From positions 10,478,001 to 10,542,000 of the forward strand of contig JBHGNT010000005.1 of NCBI GenBank assembly GCA_043228905.1: a stretch of 64,000 bases of DNA, read 5' to 3'. A program made the position numbers and the translations under genes. The notes below the pieces were generated by a model that saw only the letters and a program-made list of their open reading frames with translations, was not told the DNA's origin and did no database searches. Shown here one piece after another: positions 25,101 to 35,488 of this stretch. The stretch comes from Azolla caroliniana (Eukaryota; Plantae; Polypodiophyta). Position 1 is the first letter of the stretch, and each line of letters starts with the position of its first letter.

Positions 25101-25805
25101 GAGGCTAGTAATGAATAGATTATTAGAAAGAGAGATAGAAATTTCGTGAATCCCACGAGTGTATTGTATTCGATTAATCAATATTTAGATAAGAATATGT
25201 ATTTAGATTGAAAGAAAGATATAAGAAACTTGTGAATCCCACAAGTATAGATTATATTATTTTCGTGAATCCCACGATTATATTAATCGGTTGGTGTTTT
25301 CGGAAATATATCCAATTTCCAAATATTTCACACACCTATTACATTGTGCTCCCCATCCTTATGTAGTGATGGGAGAGACTAAGCATAGCTACATGCTTTT
25401 TTCTAATATGTTCATGCACACTAAATATGCATGTGATGCTTTTCTAATCCTTGCTTTTATTTGCTAAATATAATGCTCATGCACGCTAGATGTGCATGAG
25501 TCACTTTTTTTTGTTGCTTGCGTTTTTCTATAAAATATTCACGCACTCTAAAAAATGCACGATTTACCTTTTAATAAAGGTAGGCGCAAATAAAGCACTT
25601 ATAGTTATTAAATCTATTTATATAACACTAAAGATAAGGTAGCATAATGGTAAAGTTGAGGTTTGGCTACGTGGAGGTACAGGGTTCGAATCTTGCCCTA
25701 TGCACGTGATAAATATCTTGATATATTATTTTATTTATTTATATGTAATTAAATCGGTTATACTATTTTTACTTTTTCACGTAGTGTACGAAATACACTA
25801 CGACA
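22163..25805 (-). mobile_element. Element C: non-autonomous gag-only LTR element; 790-bp LTRs 22163-22952 and 25016-25805; 4-bp TSD ACGG
   Basis: LTRs differ at about 6 positions by eye; PBS TGGTGAACCCGACGTGA at 24995-25011; PPT GGAGGGGGCGAG at 22953-22964; no pol motifs. Confidence 0.93.
23304..24977 (-). CDS. gag: Element C Gag-like protein with acidic and basic repeat tail (~557 aa)
   Basis: N-terminal ~200 aa align with D Gag (SFNRVA..LQERI, DKVLMF, GLTEDWAEV). The first ATG after the PBS is at 24977. Confidence 0.8.
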   Translation of the reverse strand: MENQQEAMNMMMMMFERMLQEQRAMSEITAVVKRLVQRNRQFNGNDVSRYLRDYKAEMIRCGIPEGLQVTSFNRVATDELQERIHKIRQQNSTWGSFEEALREAYDYKRSKGQDRRKFDKWVASEKTHRSATQAFLEFEHRLAQLSEQEQRLVGEDKVLMFVKSIDRKERMDIGIELEDDDGTNGLTEDWAEVQRVCRRHDERKMRILSTTWPMKDGRLKTNDGADMKAEIQHDGATEEGVKQATLLSCERTTTKDKADNPSVEEDFRIQVSETSGEKGVSIIDVCIIDAVKESKEDLIEEVTMKDDIELKVAMDESTTDGHIETSPPLIPETPAVAFERQRETEETEGGGEKTKVEVDAYDREIAENMAMGETMEDDNTEDSCPLILETSAVVSEKQREIGETGGGGKKGKVGSQLGWKVIRTGFRSERKPNRVKEDSTESRPERKPNRKEENSAERRHKRKPNRANEDSAERRPERKPTRKGVDSVKTDRPSLTWPNANMDGSRPSRKPIGRDRSGKKLIRLNRRLDRSRLVKTRKRKPTKTKTDRSKPGRKGTD

Positions 25806-25809
25806 ACGG

Positions 25810-27086
25810 TACGGGTACAATGAATACATGGCGCATCATTATGCGTACATGACTAAGGTGACAGAAGTGCGTGAGCCGGAGAGCTACGCAGAAGCGGCAA
25901 AGGACGCAAATTGGCGTGCCGCTATGGACGAAGAAATGCGGGCACTTGATGCCAACGAAACTTGGGACCTAGTTGATCCTCCCCATCATTGTAAACCGAT
26001 CGGATGCAAGTGGGTGTACAAGGTCAAGTACAACGCCGACGGTTCTGTTAACCGGTACAAAGCTTAGTTAGTGGCGAAGGGATACGCGCAGACCCACGGA
26101 ATCGAGTACGACGAGACCTTCGCTCTTGTGGCGAAGATGACGACGGTTCGTGTGGTACTGGCGGTTGCTGCGGCAAGGGGGTGGCATCTTCACCAGATGG
26201 ATGTGAAGAACGCCTTCCTTCAAGGAGAGCTTGAAGAAGAAGTCTTTATGACTCAGCCCCCCGGATTTCAATCGGTGATGAACAAGTTGGCGGTATGCCG
26301 ACTAAAGAAGTCACTTTACGGCTTGAAGCAAGCCCTCCGAGCTTGGAACGCAAAGATCACGCACCGGTTGCGTAAGGTGGGGTTTGCTGTCTCTAAGTCG
26401 AACTCTTCGTTGTTCATCCGGCAAGGCTCTGACGGTCCGGTATTTATACTCTTGTATGTGGATGATTTAGTCATCACCGGACCGGGTCTTCCCGAAATCA
26501 ACCGCGTCAAGTTCCAGTTGTCGGATGCATTCGAAATGAAGGACCTGGGGGACCTTCATTATTTTCTTGGGATCGAAGTGATCCGGACCCCCGACGGCAT
26601 ATTGCTCTCACAACGACATTACATGTTGAATATGTTGTATAAGTTCGGCATGACGGATTGCCGACATGTCTCCACACCCCTGGACCGGAACCAGAAGCTC
26701 CGTCCCAACTCCGGACCGGCCTGCAATGAGAAACGGTTCCGACAGGTTGTCGGAAGCCTGGTCTACTTAACCATCACCCGACCCGACATCAGCTATCCGG
26801 TCGGCATGGTAAGTCAGTTCATGCAGAAGCCGACCGTGGAGCACCTTCAGTGCGCGCAATGCATATTACGGTATGTCAGCGGCACTAAGGACCGGGGACT
26901 GCTATACCGGCGAGGTATACCCGAAGAGCTTGTCGGTTACACAGATGCTGACTGGGCCGGCGATGCGTCTGATCGCCGCTCAACTTCCGGATACATGTTC
27001 TCTATAGGTAGCGCGGCCGTTGCGTGGAGCAGCAAGAAGCAGCCCACAGTGGCTTTGTCAAGCACTGAGGCTGAGTACCGGGCCGC
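25810..27086 (+). pseudogene. Element F reverse transcriptase / RNase H N-terminal part
   Basis: [16 protein letters not shown] and YTDADWAGD motifs; one stop at 26065-26067. Confidence 0.92.
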
Positions 27087-27759
27087 TGTCGTGAAGAATG
27101 TGCTTCACGATATAAAAATGAGCTTAAATGTTGTATTTAATAATATTTAAGAGACTTGAACCCACATCCTTATATACGATGTACAATGTACATACCACTA
27201 GGCTAGGCTATTTATTTGTAAAAGTGTATAATAAATGTGCTTCATGATATAAGAATGAAGCTATATATTGTATTAAGTAAAATTGAGGGACTTGAACCCT
27301 CAACCTTGTATATCAAGCAAAACCATACACCACTAAGCTAGGTTATTTGTTTTAGGGTTATATCCATCATTATACTTATCCCAATACATGGGAGCTCAAA
27401 TGAGCATGATGGCTATCATGCATCACATGCAATGCATGTGCGCCAAATGGCGATCATGCATCAGATGTAACTCATGCATTACATGCATGACATTACCATA
27501 TGCATGGAAATACTTATAAAAAGAGAGGAAAGGAAAACAAAAGGGAATCAGGGAATCAAGAGAGAGTGAAAAAAATAATACAATTAATTGAAGAAGACTA
27601 GCTCATTGGGTGGAGAACCTCTCGTTTCGAAGTGGAGGTCGAGGGTTCAAATCAAGGGTCGATATTGAAAAGATTCATCATGCGATCAAGGATTGTAAAG
27701 TTGGTAAAATATTATATTTTTAATATACATCATGTTTATATCATATACTCTTGTTCTTT

Positions 27760-27843
27760 GAATCATACTTTGTCTCAATCTTCTTTCTAGAATCATACTT
27801 TGTCTCAATCTTCTTTCTTGAATCATACATTGTCTCTATCTTT
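27760..27843 (+). repeat. 30-bp tandem repeat (~2.8 copies) in the D LTR; also present in the 3' LTR
   Basis: gaatcatactttgtctcaatcttctttct(a/t) units. Confidence 0.85.
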
Positions 27844-28024
27844 TATCTATACTAGTCTCTCTCTCTCACACACACACACACACATTACTTGTAACTCTTC
27901 ATCTTACTATCCTTAACCATTCTATCATCACCATACAAGCCTTATTAAACTTAAGTTTCTTCAACTCCCCTTAACCTTAGTCCCCGCGACTTCGCCGCAC
28001 GAACCACAACTACCCCGACACATT

Positions 28025-28041
28025 TGGTGAACCCGACGTGA
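28025..28041 (+). promoter_or_regulatory. Primer-binding site complementary to the plant tRNA-Trp 3' end
   Basis: TGGTGAACCCGACGTGA is the reverse complement of ...UCACGUCGGGUUCACCA (tRNA sequence recalled, not searched). Same PBS in C; degenerate in M. Confidence 0.85.
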
Positions 28042-28059
28042 AGGCGGCGACGAGGAGAA

Positions 28060-30174
28060 ATGGAGGAGCAAATGAGGCTTATGTGTACGATGATGGAACG
28101 AGTGATGCGGGAACAAGGGATGATGGCAAGCATCGACAAAGCCGTCGACAATATTCTCGCACGAGTAGGAATCTTCGAAGGTATAAATTTAACAAGATTT
28201 TTGAAGATTTATAATGAAGAAATGCTTAAACGCGGTGTCGACGAAGCTACAAAAATTAATAGCTTTAGTCGAGTCGCTGCGATTGGGCTACAAGAGAGGA
28301 TCCAAGAGCTCCAAAGGGAGAATCAGACATGGACAACATTCGAAAGGGCATTACTCAATGAATACAACCTCAATGATATGTCAAGGATGACAAGGCGAGC
28401 TTTCATGGATTGGGTAGAGTCTAATAAACATTTAAGTGTTTTGGAAGTATTAAAAGAGTTTTCTGAAAGATTTGAGCAACTAAATGTTAGAGATAGAAAT
28501 ATAATAGTGCCAGATAAAGTCATATTGTTTCTACAAGCTACTAATATTAAAGACAGGAAGGACTTGGGAATGCTTTTAGAAGATCAGAATAGTCCAAGTG
28601 GACTTACCGAAGATTGGGAGGAGGTGAAAAGGGCGTGCGCCCATTTTTGCAAAAGAAAGTTATGGTTTATGGAGTTGCCCGACAGAAATGAGGAAGAAAC
28701 GGGGAACGAGTCGGGAGAAAAGAAAGTAGAAGAATCACTCTTACACGAATTAGTGAAAGGCATGAAAGACTTGTCGATCAAAGTGACGAAGCTAGAATCG
28801 GGACAAAGCTCGACTTCATCAAGGCAAGGAGGTGGAATGGTCCGAAGGTGTATGTGGTGTGATAGTATCGACCACCAGAAGAAAGATTGTCAAGAGCATA
28901 GGGATGCTCTTAATCATAATAAAATCTACTATCAAGATGGCAAGATTCACTCAACTGAGACTCGACAACCACTTCAACTCAACTTCGGGCGAGGAGGAAT
29001 GAAAAAGCTAATGGAAGATGCCGAGAGAGAAACGACTCAAGCGATACAATCCGTGGCAACCTTAGGATTGCACGTAGAAGACTCATATGGTGGATCTGGC
29101 TTTTGGCAAGATGTGATGGATTATGCAAGAAAAGGGAAGGTTCGAGTGGATGAATTAAAAAGAGCGGGAGATGAAATACGAAACTTCACTGGATGGAATG
29201 ATCCAGTAGACGCGCTATCAGCATTCGCCCAAGTGAATGCACAAGATGTGCTAGTGGAAGAGAAGCGGAAGAGAGCTGAGGAAGCTGATCCGACAAAGAG
29301 ACATGAGACACGAGAACAAAAGAGAAGGGAGATGGAAAAGGGTGCTATTGAGCCGAAGGAAGCTGATAAAGTAAAAGGAAAGACAGGCCCATCTTTCAAG
29401 CTTGCCTCAGACATAGAAACAACGACGGATATAAAAAAGGTACTAGAAACAAGAATATTAAATAGTAAGGTAGAATTTACTTTAAGAGAAGTGTTGGGTA
29501 TAGCAAAGAAAGAATTTCATGAAGTTATCATAGATATTATTAGAAGGAAGAGACAGGTGACGGAGGAAATTACGGGAGGGTGTGCAACAACACTCCAAGA
29601 TTTGTATGGTGGCACCATCAATGCTACAAGTGTAAAAAACCAGAATGATGTTGGCATCCATGAAGGGGATAGGAGTCACTATACAAGGGACCATTGGGCT
29701 CGAGCAACAACGGAGGCACCTGCAAAAATTGGGGAGCAGCAAATTCCATGTATTGCTTTGATCGATCATGGATCAGAGATTAACATGATGTCATCGGAAT
29801 TTTACGCTCGAGGACGATGGCCGATTGACAAGAATCATGGGTGGAAAATAAGAGCTGCCACAGAAACTACGGAGGATCTATTCGGAGCATGTCCTAGTGT
29901 GAAGGTAACAATTGGTGATGTCTCGGTGAATCAAAATTTCTTTGTGCAGGATCGATCAACCTACCCCGTCATCCTTGGCCAGCCCTACATCACCGCAGTG
30001 AGGATGGAAACAAAGGTTATTGATGATGGTTCGGCTTTCGCGAGAATCAAGAGTCAAGATGGAAGAAAGACTGTCCAATTCTTAACCGTGAGGCCCAACC
30101 ATGAAAGAAACAAAGAATGCTTGAGGGAACATCCAATTCAAGAGATGGATGAAGAGTTTTCCCAGGATTTTTAG
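28060..30174 (+). CDS. gag: Element D Gag-protease, 704 aa
   Basis: CMWCDSIDHQKKDC zinc knuckle; ALIDHGSEIN and VILGQPY protease motifs. Confidence 0.92.
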   Translation: MEEQMRLMCTMMERVMREQGMMASIDKAVDNILARVGIFEGINLTRFLKIYNEEMLKRGVDEATKINSFSRVAAIGLQERIQELQRENQTWTTFERALLNEYNLNDMSRMTRRAFMDWVESNKHLSVLEVLKEFSERFEQLNVRDRNIIVPDKVILFLQATNIKDRKDLGMLLEDQNSPSGLTEDWEEVKRACAHFCKRKLWFMELPDRNEEETGNESGEKKVEESLLHELVKGMKDLSIKVTKLESGQSSTSSRQGGGMVRRCMWCDSIDHQKKDCQEHRDALNHNKIYYQDGKIHSTETRQPLQLNFGRGGMKKLMEDAERETTQAIQSVATLGLHVEDSYGGSGFWQDVMDYARKGKVRVDELKRAGDEIRNFTGWNDPVDALSAFAQVNAQDVLVEEKRKRAEEADPTKRHETREQKRREMEKGAIEPKEADKVKGKTGPSFKLASDIETTTDIKKVLETRILNSKVEFTLREVLGIAKKEFHEVIIDIIRRKRQVTEEITGGCATTLQDLYGGTINATSVKNQNDVGIHEGDRSHYTRDHWARATTEAPAKIGEQQIPCIALIDHGSEINMMSSEFYARGRWPIDKNHGWKIRAATETTEDLFGACPSVKVTIGDVSVNQNFFVQDRSTYPVILGQPYITAVRMETKVIDDGSAFARIKSQDGRKTVQFLTVRPNHERNKECLREHPIQEMDEEFSQDF

Positions 30175-33100
30175 ATAGGGCTTTTACAGGTAGGGGCTGT
30201 GATAGCCCGAGCATAAAAGAAAACCCCATAAATAATAATGTAAATAAAGATATTCCTTGTACAATCTCATCTAATGGTGCTACTTTTATACTAAAAGTAA
30301 ATAATAATAAAATACAAAATGCTTTCGAGTACTTTAAGTGTTCTGGATTAATAGATGATGATGAAGAAATTCAGGATATGTTTGAAGAATTAAGTTTTGA
30401 AGATACAATAACTCATTTGGAAGCAATGGAAGAAGACAACGAAATCCAAGTTCCTGTCCATTCAATCAAGATGTATGAGGTCATTGAAGAAGTTGCTCGA
30501 AAGGATCATGAAGCACATGTACTAACAAAATACAAGACAGTGGAGAAGAAGGTTCGTCCTATTGCTGCTCCACTTCCAGGGGATAGTGAAAAGGCAATCA
30601 AAGAAGCAGCCACAGAGCCAATGATCAGAGACCCACGAAAGGTAGGACATGTGTTTACTCCGGAAACAATACAAGGGATGAAAATAGGAGGGGGTGACTT
30701 CCTATTACCCGCTGAAGAAAAGCAGTTCAGGGAGATGTTAAAAAGGCATGGAAAGGCGTTTGCATTCCAACCGGAGGAAATAGGGTGTGTGGATCCAGAA
30801 ATTGTGGAGCCCATGGTTATATTCACTATCCCTCATATTCCATGGAACTTTAAGCCAATACCCATGCCTAGGGCTAGAATCCCTCAACTATTAGAACTTT
30901 TGAAAGAAAAGATAAGGATGGGTATCTTGGAACCATCGAACGCTCCTTACTCGAGTCGATGGTTCACTGTGTTAAAGAAAGATGGGCGACTCCGATTTAT
31001 CCAAGATATGCAACCCGTGAATAAGGTAACAATCCGAAACTCGGGAGTAGGGCCAATTGTGGATGAGTTTGCTGAGATGTTTGCAGGAAGAGCTATATAT
31101 TCAATGGGAGACCTTTATTCCGGATATGATCAATTTCAACTTGCTATCAAAAGTCGAGATATAACTTCTATCAAGACACCTATAGGGTTAGTACGGATGT
31201 GCACCTTGCCGCAAGGAGCGACCAACTCAGTGGCGCATATGATGAATGGAATGAACAAGGTACTTCGTGATTTTATTCCTCATATTACAATGCCTTTTCT
31301 AGATGATGTTCCAATTAAGGGATGCAAGGAGGAAGAGAAGAACGAGGAATTGGACGAAAGTGGTTGTCGTCAATTCGTTGCTGATCATATCAAGGATTGT
31401 GAGAAGGTTCTATCAAGGATGGAAGATGTGCATTTGACCTTATCAGGGGCGAAGTCAATATTTGGGGCAAAAGAGATATTAATAGTTGGTCATATGTGTG
31501 GCCCGTATGGGAGAAAGCCATCCCCAACCAAGGTCAATGCAATTCAAAATATGCAAGAGGAATGTACATCCATCTCAGAAGTACGAAGGTTTCTGGGGGT
31601 ATGTGTTTTTTACTGTAAATGGATTCCGCATTATGCCCATTTATCTGAACCTTTATATAGACTCCTAAGAAAAGGAGAGACATTTGAATGGAGTGAAGAG
31701 CATTCAGAGGCAATGAAGAAATTGAAGTACTACTTGGCACAAGCTCCACCATTAAAGCAACCAGACTACACCCGGCCCATATATCTCACAGTAGACTCTA
31801 GTCCCATTGGAATTGGATGGGTGATAAGCCAACAAGATAGGGAAGAAAGGTATCCAGTCCGATTCGGGGCAAAGGTTCTTAGTGGTCGACAAAGAAAATA
31901 TGCACAGGTGAAAAGAGAGCTATGGGGGATAGTAACAGCTGTAAAGACAGACAGAGATTACTTAATTGGTGCTGAAGTAATAATAGAAACTGATTGTTTG
32001 CCTATTCTGGGTATCATAGCTAATTGTGATATTCCAGATCAAGCCATGTTAAGATGGTGTATCTATATTAGATCAATCAACCCTGAAGTTCGACATATCT
32101 CTGGGAATAGAAATGCAGTAGCAGATATGTTATCAAGAGCAAGGTATGAGGAAGAGGAGATTCCAGACTCGGACGATGAGGACAAAGAACAAACAGTCCT
32201 TACCACAAGCATTACTCGGGAAGGAGGAATGCAGTTTCTAGAAGAGGAGTATGAAGATGAATTCAAGGAAATAGGGAAATACCTACAAACCCCTAACAAG
32301 TACAAAGGTCGATCTGGAAAAGAGTTCGCACAGTTTCGCAAGAAAGCCCATAAGTTCTTCCTGTATGAAGGATATCTATGGCGACATCCGAAAACCAAGA
32401 CTGGAAACCCGCAAAGAGTAATAGGTTCTGAAGGGCAAAGAAAGGAGATAATCAAAGAGCTGCATGACAAAGAATGGGCTGGTCATCGAGGAGTGTGGGC
32501 CACTTTCAGTAAGATTAAAGAACGATTTTGGTGGCCTCGATACTATGAGCAAATAAAAAAGTATGTGGAAACTTGTCCCACTTGTCAATATTATTCAAAT
32601 GTAAAATTTTGTGATGAATTACACCCAACATACTCACCGGGGGTGCATTACAAGTGGATGATAGATTTGGTAACAATGCCACTTGGAGTAGGACAAAAGA
32701 GATACTTGGTTCTTGCTAGAGAAGATCTAACAAATCAAGTGGAAGGTCGTTCATTGAGAACAAAAGGGACATTAGGAGTATGTCAATTCATCTTGGAGGA
32801 CATTGTTTGTAGATATGGATGTATCGGGAAGATAGTGGCAGATAGGGGAGAACTCAATTCTGCGGAAGCTCAAGATTTTTTCGACAAAATAGGAATTCGG
32901 CTTTCTTTGACAACGGCGTACAATCCAGAAGCTAATGGAAAGGTAGAAAGGGGACATGGGCCAATAGTCAAAGCTTTGGCAAAGGCATGTAGAGGACGGG
33001 TTAGTGATTGGCCAAAAACCTTACCCTATGCACTATGGGCTGATAGGACAACTCACAGCACTGTTACTGGATATATGCCTGCAGAATTAATCACAGGACA

Positions 33101-33629
33101 AAAGCCAATAATGCCAATTGAAGAAAAGATAACTACATGGGCTGTGTTGCCGTGGGAATCAGAAATGAGTAGGGAAGATTTACTTGCGGTTCGAATACGA
33201 CAACTTCAATCAAGGATAGAAGACATAGAAAAAGCAGCTACTAGATTGAAAGAGGCAAGAATCAAGAATAAGGACAGATTTGACAAGATGAAAAGAATAC
33301 GACCAAGAAAGGTGCAAGAGGGAGATTGGGTATTAGTATATGATAATAGCCTAGATAATCAATACAGTACTATTCGGAAGTTTGCAAAAAGATGGTTTGG
33401 ACCTTATGAAGTTAGGAAAATAACAGATAAAGCCACATATTTCCTCAATGAATTAGATAGGACAGAAATTCGTATCCCAATTGCAGGAAAAAGGATTAAA
33501 ATATTTAAAAGGAGGGAGTCATTAGAGCCTGAATTTTATGAAGAAGTAGAAGAACTAAAAGAATCAGAAGAAGTGTTGGATGAACTCTGCACTACCAATG
33601 TGCAAGTTCAGAGGGGGTGGGTGTCGTGA
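30165..33629 (+). CDS. pol: Element D Pol (RT-RH-IN, no chromodomain) via -1 frameshift
   Basis: Frame is open from the GGATTTT heptamer. DLYSGYDQ, LPQG, FLDD, VDSS, H-H-CPTC and WFGPY motifs. Confidence 0.92.
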   Translation, partial: GFLDRAFTGRGCDSPSIKENPINNNVNKDIPCTISSNGATFILKVNNNKIQNAFEYFKCSGLIDDDEEIQDMFEELSFEDTITHLEAMEEDNEIQVPVHSIKMYEVIEEVARKDHEAHVLTKYKTVEKKVRPIAAPLPGDSEKAIKEAATEPMIRDPRKVGHVFTPETIQGMKIGGGDFLLPAEEKQFREMLKRHGKAFAFQPEEIGCVDPEIVEPMVIFTIPHIPWNFKPIPMPRARIPQLLELLKEKIRMGILEPSNAPYSSRWFTVLKKDGRLRFIQDMQPVNKVTIRNSGVGPIVDEFAEMFAGRAIYSMGDLYSGYDQFQLAIKSRDITSIKTPIGLVRMCTLPQGATNSVAHMMNGMNKVLRDFIPHITMPFLDDVPIKGCKEEEKNEELDESGCRQFVADHIKDCEKVLSRMEDVHLTLSGAKSIFGAKEILIVGHMCGPYGRKPSPTKVNAIQNMQEECTSISEVRRFLGVCVFYCKWIPHYAHLSEPLYRLLRKGETFEWSEEHSEAMKKLKYYLAQAPPLKQPDYTRPIYLTVDSSPIGIGWVISQQDREERYPVRFGAKVLSGRQRKYAQVKRELWGIVTAVKTDRDYLIGAEVIIETDCLPILGIIANCDIPDQAMLRWCIYIRSINPEVRHISGNRNAVADMLSRARYEEEEIPDSDDEDKEQTVLTTSITREGGMQFLEEEYEDEFKEIGKYLQTPNKYKGRSGKEFAQFRKKAHKFFLYEGYLWRHPKTKTGNPQRVIGSEGQRKEIIKELHDKEWAGHRGVWATFSKIKERFWWPRYYEQIKKYVETCPTCQYYSNVKFCDELHPTYSPGVHYKWMIDLVTMPLGVGQKRYLVLAREDLTNQVEGRSLRTKGTLGVCQFILEDIVCRYGCIGKIVADRGELNSAEAQDFFDKIGIRLSLTTAYNPEANGKVERGHGPIVKALAKACRGRVSDWPKTLPYALWADRTTHSTVTGYMPAELITGQKPIMPIEEKITTWAVLPWESEMSREDLLAVRIRQLQSRIEDIEKAATRLKEARIKNKDRFDKMKRIRPRKVQEGDWVLVYDNSLDNQYSTIRKFAKRWFGPYEVRKITDKATYFLNELDRTEIRIPIAGKRIKIFKRRESLEPEFYEEVEELKESEEVLDELCTTNVQVQRGWVS

Positions 33630-34556
33630 AGAATGTGCTTCACGATATAAAAATGAGCTTAAATGTTGTATTTAATAATATTTAAGAGACTTGAACCCAC
33701 ATCCTTATATACGATGTACAATGTACATACCACTAGGCTAGGCTATTTATTTGTAAAAGTGTATAATAAATGTGCTTCATGATATAAGAATGAAGCTATA
33801 TATTGTATTAAGTAAAATTGAGGGACTTGAACCCTCAACCTTGTATATAAAGCACAAACCATACACCACTAAGCTAGGTTATTTGTTTTAGGGTTATATC
33901 CATCATTATACTTATCCCAATACATGGGAGCTCAAATGAGCATGATGGCTATCATGCATCACATGCAATGCATGTGCGCCAAATGGCGATCATGCATCAG
34001 ATGTAACTCATGCATTACATGCATGACATTACCATATGCATGGAAATACTTATAAAAAGAGAGGAAAGGAAAACAAAAGGGAATCAGGGAATCAAGAGAG
34101 AGTGAAAAAAATAATACAATCAATTGAAGAAGACTAGCTCATTGGGTGGAGAACCTCTCGTTTCGAAGTGGAGGTCGAGGGTTCAAATCAAGGGTCGATA
34201 TTGAAAAGATTCATCTTGCGATCAAGGATTGTAAAGTTGGTAAAATATTATATTTTTAATATACATCATGTCTATATCATATACTCTTGTTCTTTGAATC
34301 ATACTTTGTCTCAATCTTCTTTCTAGAATCATACTTTGTCTCAATCTTCTTTCTTGAATCATACATTGTCTCTATCTTTTATCTATACTAGTCTCTCTCT
34401 CTCACACACACACACACACATTACTTGTAACTCTTCATCTTACTATCCTTAACCATTCTATCATCACCATACAAGCCTTATTAAACTTAAGTTTCTTCAA
34501 CTCCCCTTAACCTTAGTCCCCGCGACTTCGCCGCACGAACCACAACTACCCCGACA

Positions 34557-35488
34557 CCGCTACCGTTGCCACTTGTGAAGCCATCTAGCTTTGGCGACTG
34601 CTGCGAGACTTGCGGATCGAGGTACCGACCCCGATCCCGATTTACTGCGATAACATGAGCAGCCTGCAGCTCGCCAGGAACCCTGTGTTCCATGCTCGCA
34701 CAAAGCACATCGAGGTGCACTACCACTTCGTGCATGAGCGGGTCCTGAGCCGTGAAGTTGACCTACGGTATGTTCATATGGATCGGCAAGTTGCTGACAT
34801 CTTCACCAAGCCGCTCGGATCGGACAAGTTGCATCACTTTACCGACATGCTTGGTATTCAGCATCTCGACGTGCCACACTTGAGGGAGAGAAGCAAGGGC
34901 AAAGCCTCTACCGAAATGGGCAAAGGCAAAAAAACTTTTGAACCCGTCGGTAAGAGGAGAGCCAGAAGAAGAGGAGACAAGAAGATGAAGGAAGCCGAGT
35001 CGACGAAGGAAGTCGACACATCCAAACAGGTCGGAGCAAGCGGCTGTGAAGAAGAGTTGTGCACTCAGGAAGAGAAGTGCATGCTGTGCGGAGGTCATCA
35101 CAGCGGTACTGACCATGATGCGGAGTCGAATCAAGAATTTGATTTCCGTTCACCGACTGAAGAAGCCGATGGAAGCATGGAGAAGGCCAAGACTCGGAAG
35201 TGGTCCGATGTGGTGAGAGGCCTGAAGCCGGAAGTCGAAGTGGACAAGAGCTGGAATGAGTGTACCGATTCGGACAAGAGCTGGAACGAGTCGGAGACAG
35301 CTGACTCGGATGAACAGATGGATCCGGATGAGTCGGATCGACTGAAGGACAAGGGGACACGGACACAGCGGAAGTCGATGCCATCGTGGGAGAACCGACG
35401 GATCGGCAAGCGCCGGAGTCACAGCAACGTGAGTGCTGAGATGGGCCTATTGAGCAGACATGCCGACCGAGAGGGTCGAGGCGCGTAG
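34557..35488 (+). pseudogene. Element F RNase H C-terminus with ~200-aa in-frame extension
   Basis: [18 protein letters not shown] and QVADIFTK motifs, then a charged tail containing CMLCGGHH. Confidence 0.8.

Larger units (their letters stand above)
27087..34556 (+). mobile_element. Element D: intact non-chromovirus Ty3/Gypsy (Phygy/Selgy-like by inference); LTRs 27087-28020 and 33622-34556; 4-bp TSD CCGC
   Basis: Near-identical ~935-bp LTRs; tRNA-Trp PBS at 28025-28041; PPT at 33610-33621; two open ORFs. Confidence 0.96.

Noticed and set aside
34890-35488. env-like gene in F or C
   Set aside because: The extensions are highly charged, with no signal peptide or transmembrane segment.
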